In this document: in pieces, positions 60,654-64,000 of the stretch
Position numbering within the stretch: position 1 is the stretch's first letter
How the letters are laid out: every line of letters begins with the position of its first letter
NCBI GenBank assembly: GCA_963770895.1
Contig: CAVYRF010000002.1
Span: forward strand, 512,001-576,000
Origin: an uncultured Acidobacteriota bacterium
GTDB taxonomy: Bacteria; Acidobacteriota; Thermoanaerobaculia; Multivoradales; UBA5704
Length of the DNA: 64,000 nucleotides
Reading direction: 5' to 3'
Position numbers and translations under genes: made by a program
The notes under the pieces: model-generated
Told to the model about the DNA's origin: nothing
Seen by the model: only the letters and a program-made list of their open reading frames with translations
Database searches by the model: none

Positions 60654-61586
60654 TTGTCGGAATTGGTGGAAAACCAGGTCCAGTCCGAGATTGCCGCGGC
60701 CGCCGCCGCAGCCGTAGCCGTCCAGACGGTGGAACCGCCGCCGCAGCAGCAACAGCTGCCGCAGCCGCCGCCGCCGGAGCCGGTTGCCGAGGACCTGCCC
60801 GAGACGGTCGATTGGCAGCCGGGGCAGCTGCACGTCCTGGGACCGATCGCGGTGCCGGGTCTGGCGCCGCGCCGGGTGCGCATCTACCTGCCTGCCTCCT
60901 TCACTCCCCAGGCGCAGCGCTTCGCGCTCTACATGTTCGACGGCCAGAACGACTTTGACGACGGTCCGTCGTTTTCGGGCGGCTGGCACCTGGACAAGGC
61001 GATCGAAAAGCTGGATTGCGCCAGCCGCCTGGCGCCGATCACCATCGCCGTCGACCACGGCGGCAGCGAGCGGCTGCGCGAGCTGTCGCCCTTCCCCGTC
61101 GGCGACCGCGACGACGACCCCGAGCATTCAGGACAGCTCGACCTGCTGCTCGACTGGATGACCGGCCACCTCATGCCGCGCCTGGGCGCCATGCTGCCGC
61201 TGGTCGGCAGCCCGCTGGGCGCGGTCGTCGGCGGCTCTTCGCTGGGCGGCCTGGCCGCCATGTACGCCCACTTCCGCCATCACGAAGCTTTTGGCGGCGC
61301 GCTGGTGATGTCGCCTTCGTTCTGGCTGCACGACGCGGAGATCCTGCGCTGGATCGCCCAGCAGCCCAACCCCGAGGTGTCCCGCATCTATCTGGACTGC
61401 GGCGTGCGCGAAGGCCGCGGCCAGGTGCTGCCGCAGGTCGCGGCGATGGCCGCCCACCTTGCCACGCGCGGCTACAACGCCAATCACCTGATGTTTCGCG
61501 CCGATCCGCGCGGCACCCACTCCGAAGCCAGCTGGCGCCGGCGCCTGCCGCGCGCCCTGCGCTTCTTCTACCGCACCCGGCGCTAG
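60654..61586 (+). CDS. Alpha/beta-hydrolase (putative esterase, Fes/IroE-like)
   Basis: RIYLP, YMFDGQN, nucleophile elbow GSSLGG, MSPSFW and HSEASWRRR. TTG start follows AGGAGG. Confidence 0.88.
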   Translation: MSELVENQVQSEIAAAAAAAVAVQTVEPPPQQQQLPQPPPPEPVAEDLPETVDWQPGQLHVLGPIAVPGLAPRRVRIYLPASFTPQAQRFALYMFDGQNDFDDGPSFSGGWHLDKAIEKLDCASRLAPITIAVDHGGSERLRELSPFPVGDRDDDPEHSGQLDLLLDWMTGHLMPRLGAMLPLVGSPLGAVVGGSSLGGLAAMYAHFRHHEAFGGALVMSPSFWLHDAEILRWIAQQPNPEVSRIYLDCGVREGRGQVLPQVAAMAAHLATRGYNANHLMFRADPRGTHSEASWRRRLPRALRFFYRTRR

Positions 61587-61603
61587 CGCCTGGCGCCGGC
61601 GCC

Positions 61604-62803
61604 CTACGTCCGGGGCTGGTGGAGGCCGACGCTGGCGCCCACCCAGGTGCGGTCCTTGTTGAAATCGACACCGACCATCTTGCCCTTGGTCATGCGCACC
61701 AGGTTGTTGATCAGCAGCGGCCGGTCGCGCCACAGAAACATCATGCGGATCTCGACCTTGGCCGGGTCGTCGGGCGTTGCGACGACCGGGGCGTACTCGA
61801 TGCGGCGCTGCAGGATGTAGTCCTGCGGGCGGTCGATGGCGCGCAGCCGTTCGGCGGTCGGACCGATTTCGACGCCCAGCCCGGCAAACGAAAACAGCGG
61901 CTTGAGCACGTAATTGTCCAGGTCGTCCGGCAGCTCCTTGAGGTCGGCCAGGAAGTGGGCCGGCGGCGCATAGCGGCTGTGCAGGAACGGCAGCGTGAAC
62001 TTGCTCAGCTTCCAGAACCAGTTGGGATGCCCCACCCAGTGGACGTCCACGTCGTCGCGAAACAGCGCCGGCACCGGCAGGCGGCGGCGCGCCAGCTCGT
62101 CGAAGATCACCCGGTTGTAGATCCGCCGGATGGGCACCTCGCCGCCGCCCTGGCCCTGCGCGCGGCGGTAGAAGGCGCGCCCGCCGCGCACCACGACGTC
62201 GGCCAGGCCGACGGTGGGCACTCCCAGCAGCCTTTCGGTCATCGCGAAGTCGACCCGCGTCTTCTGCTGCTGCGGTTCGATCTCCAGCAGGATGACGCTC
62301 CGCGGGTCCTGGTCGCCGACGATCTCGTCGCGCAGCTGGCGCACGTAGGAGTCGTCGTCCAGGCCGGAAAAATACGGCGTCATCCCGGCGGGGATGGCGG
62401 CGAAGTGGCGCCGGTAGCCGCGCGCCAGCAGCCACTGAAAGCCGTACAGCGAGGGGAACCCCTGCAGCTCGATCAGCTGCGGCACCACGCCGCCGTCGGC
62501 GCCCACGGCCAGGGCCAGGTCCACCTGCACGAAAACCGGGTGGCCGTCATCGCCCGGCACCCGGTACTCCGGCGGCACGGCGCCCGCCGCCGCCCGCAGG
62601 TAGTCAGGGGTGCGCGTCACCTCCAGCAGCTCGTAAGCGGCGCTCTCCAGCTCGGCGACCAGCGCCGGCGGCAGAAACACCGGCGTCTCGCAGATGCGAA
62701 AGGCGATGGAGAACCCGGTCTCTTCGTCCAGCCACTCCTGCAGCTCCTGGTAGCGCTCGGCGGTGAAGGACGCGTTATAGGCCCGGCGCAGTTCGGGAAT
62801 CAT
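61604..62803 (-). CDS. Putative circularly permuted ATP-grasp (glutathione-synthetase-like) ligase
   Basis: VDL...PQLIELQGFPS, RIYNR, YVLKPLFSFAGLGV and YILQ. The metal-binding Glu motif precedes the KP loop, as in permuted ATP-grasps. Confidence 0.65.
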   Translation of the reverse strand: MIPELRRAYNASFTAERYQELQEWLDEETGFSIAFRICETPVFLPPALVAELESAAYELLEVTRTPDYLRAAAGAVPPEYRVPGDDGHPVFVQVDLALAVGADGGVVPQLIELQGFPSLYGFQWLLARGYRRHFAAIPAGMTPYFSGLDDDSYVRQLRDEIVGDQDPRSVILLEIEPQQQKTRVDFAMTERLLGVPTVGLADVVVRGGRAFYRRAQGQGGGEVPIRRIYNRVIFDELARRRLPVPALFRDDVDVHWVGHPNWFWKLSKFTLPFLHSRYAPPAHFLADLKELPDDLDNYVLKPLFSFAGLGVEIGPTAERLRAIDRPQDYILQRRIEYAPVVATPDDPAKVEIRMMFLWRDRPLLINNLVRMTKGKMVGVDFNKDRTWVGASVGLHQPRT

Positions 62804-62903
62804 GATCGATCAGAGGTCTCCGGCCGGAGCTCACACCCGGCGCCAGGGGGGACAGCCGCGGCCGGGACGGCACGGCCGCCGGACCCGGCGCGGCCGGCGG
62901 CGG

Positions 62904-64000
62904 TCAATCCAGGCCGGCATGCGTCTCCGCGACGATGAAATCGACCACCCGCAGGTAGTCGTGGCCCGATTGGTCCCACACCGCCAGCTGCCGGTCGGCG
63001 CCGGTGCCGTGGTTGAGAATGTCGTGGATGTAGGAGATCTCCTGCCGGCTCCCCAGCTGGTCCACCACGTCGTCGACGAACGCCAGCAGCTCGTGGATCA
63101 GGTCGACGCACGGCACCTCGGCCTGCTTGCCGAAATCGATCAGCTTGCCCGAGATCCCGTAGCGCGCTGCCCGCCACTTGTTTTCCGACAGCAGCAGCCG
63201 GCGGTAGAGGCGGAAACCCAGGTTGCTGCGGATCAGCTTGTGCAGCTTGACGGTGACCGCCTGGATGAGGGCGGCGATCGCAATCGTCTCATCGACGCGC
63301 ATCGGCACGTCGCAGATGCGGAATTCGAGCGTGTCGAAAAACGGGTGCATGCGGATGTCCCACCAGATCTTCTTGGCGTTGTCGACGCAGCGCGTCTTGA
63401 TCAGCAGCTTGATGTAGTCGTCGTACTCCGACAGGCTGCCGAAGTAATCCGGGATGCCGGTGCGCGGAAAGCGATCGAAGATCTTGCTGCGATAGGACTT
63501 GAGGCCGGTGTTGCGGGCCTGCCAGAAGGGCGAGTTGGTGGACAGGGCGAAGATGTGCGGCAGGAAGTAGCGGGCGGCGTTCATGATGTGGATCGCGACC
63601 TCGCGGTCGGCGATCCCGACGTGGACGTGCAGCCCGAAGATCAGGTTGGCGCGCGCCAGCTGCTGCATGTCCTCGACGATCTCTTCGTAGCGCGGGTGCG
63701 CGGTGATCGCCTGGTCCTTCCAATGGGCGAACGGGTGGGTGCCGGACGCGGCGATGGTCAGGCCGTTGCGCCGTGCCAGCGCCGCCAGGTCGCGGCGCAG
63801 CGCCAGCACTTCGCGGCGCGCCTCGCCGATGTCGGCGCAGATCTTGGTGCCCACTTCGATGACCGACTGGTGCAGCTCGGGCTTGAGCTGGTCGCGCAGC
63901 ATCGGCCCGGTCTCGCCGTCGGCCAGCAGGTGCTGGATATGGGAGCGCAGGTCGCGCGTCTCGGGATCGATCAGCTGGAACTCTTCTTCGATACCGAGAG
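62904..64000 (-). CDS. Carboxylate-amine ligase, GCS2/YbdK family (start outside the window)
   Basis: LGIEEEFQLIDP at the window edge, ASGTHPF, FGLHVHVG, STNSPFW, IWWDIR, TLEFRICD and ENKWRAARYG motifs. Confidence 0.93.
   Translation of the reverse strand, partial: LGIEEEFQLIDPETRDLRSHIQHLLADGETGPMLRDQLKPELHQSVIEVGTKICADIGEARREVLALRRDLAALARRNGLTIAASGTHPFAHWKDQAITAHPRYEEIVEDMQQLARANLIFGLHVHVGIADREVAIHIMNAARYFLPHIFALSTNSPFWQARNTGLKSYRSKIFDRFPRTGIPDYFGSLSEYDDYIKLLIKTRCVDNAKKIWWDIRMHPFFDTLEFRICDVPMRVDETIAIAALIQAVTVKLHKLIRSNLGFRLYRRLLLSENKWRAARYGISGKLIDFGKQAEVPCVDLIHELLAFVDDVVDQLGSRQEISYIHDILNHGTGADRQLAVWDQSGHDYLRVVDFIVAETHAGLD

Overview
Very GC-rich, densely coding bacterial chromosome segment. 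The gene content (ADOP-like permease, CadC-type wHTH-TPR regulator, FYDLN protein, CxxxY-type CcmE) suggests Acidobacteriota, possibly Thermoanaerobaculia; this assignment is inference. Most of the window is core genes: ccmABCDEF; a long minus-strand run of pilMNOPQ, three Ig-like/Thr-rich lipoproteins, a TPR protein, a roadblock (MglC-like) protein, accB, accC, thiE, aroK, a phosphoesterase and a glycosyltransferase; rpmB; rel; tgt-yajC-secDF; lolA; folK; a GT-C plus YfhO-type glycosylation pair read as one ORF; a CDF transporter; a LON-N/HD pair; a MrfA-MrfB-like helicase-nuclease fusion broken by two homopolymer frameshifts; otsAB; and a GCS2/ATP-grasp/esterase cluster. I found no rRNA, tRNA, CRISPR array, transposase or prophage. 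The most notable observations are a pil operon extended by three lipoproteins with an apparently lipidated secretin and a Myxococcus-like TPR-roadblock module, a 158-bp hairpin MITE flanked by CTAG, the glycosyltransferase fusion, the frameshifted helicase, a degenerate ADOP permease and a recurring leaderless-promoter signature. All product calls come from motif recognition by eye; no database search was run.
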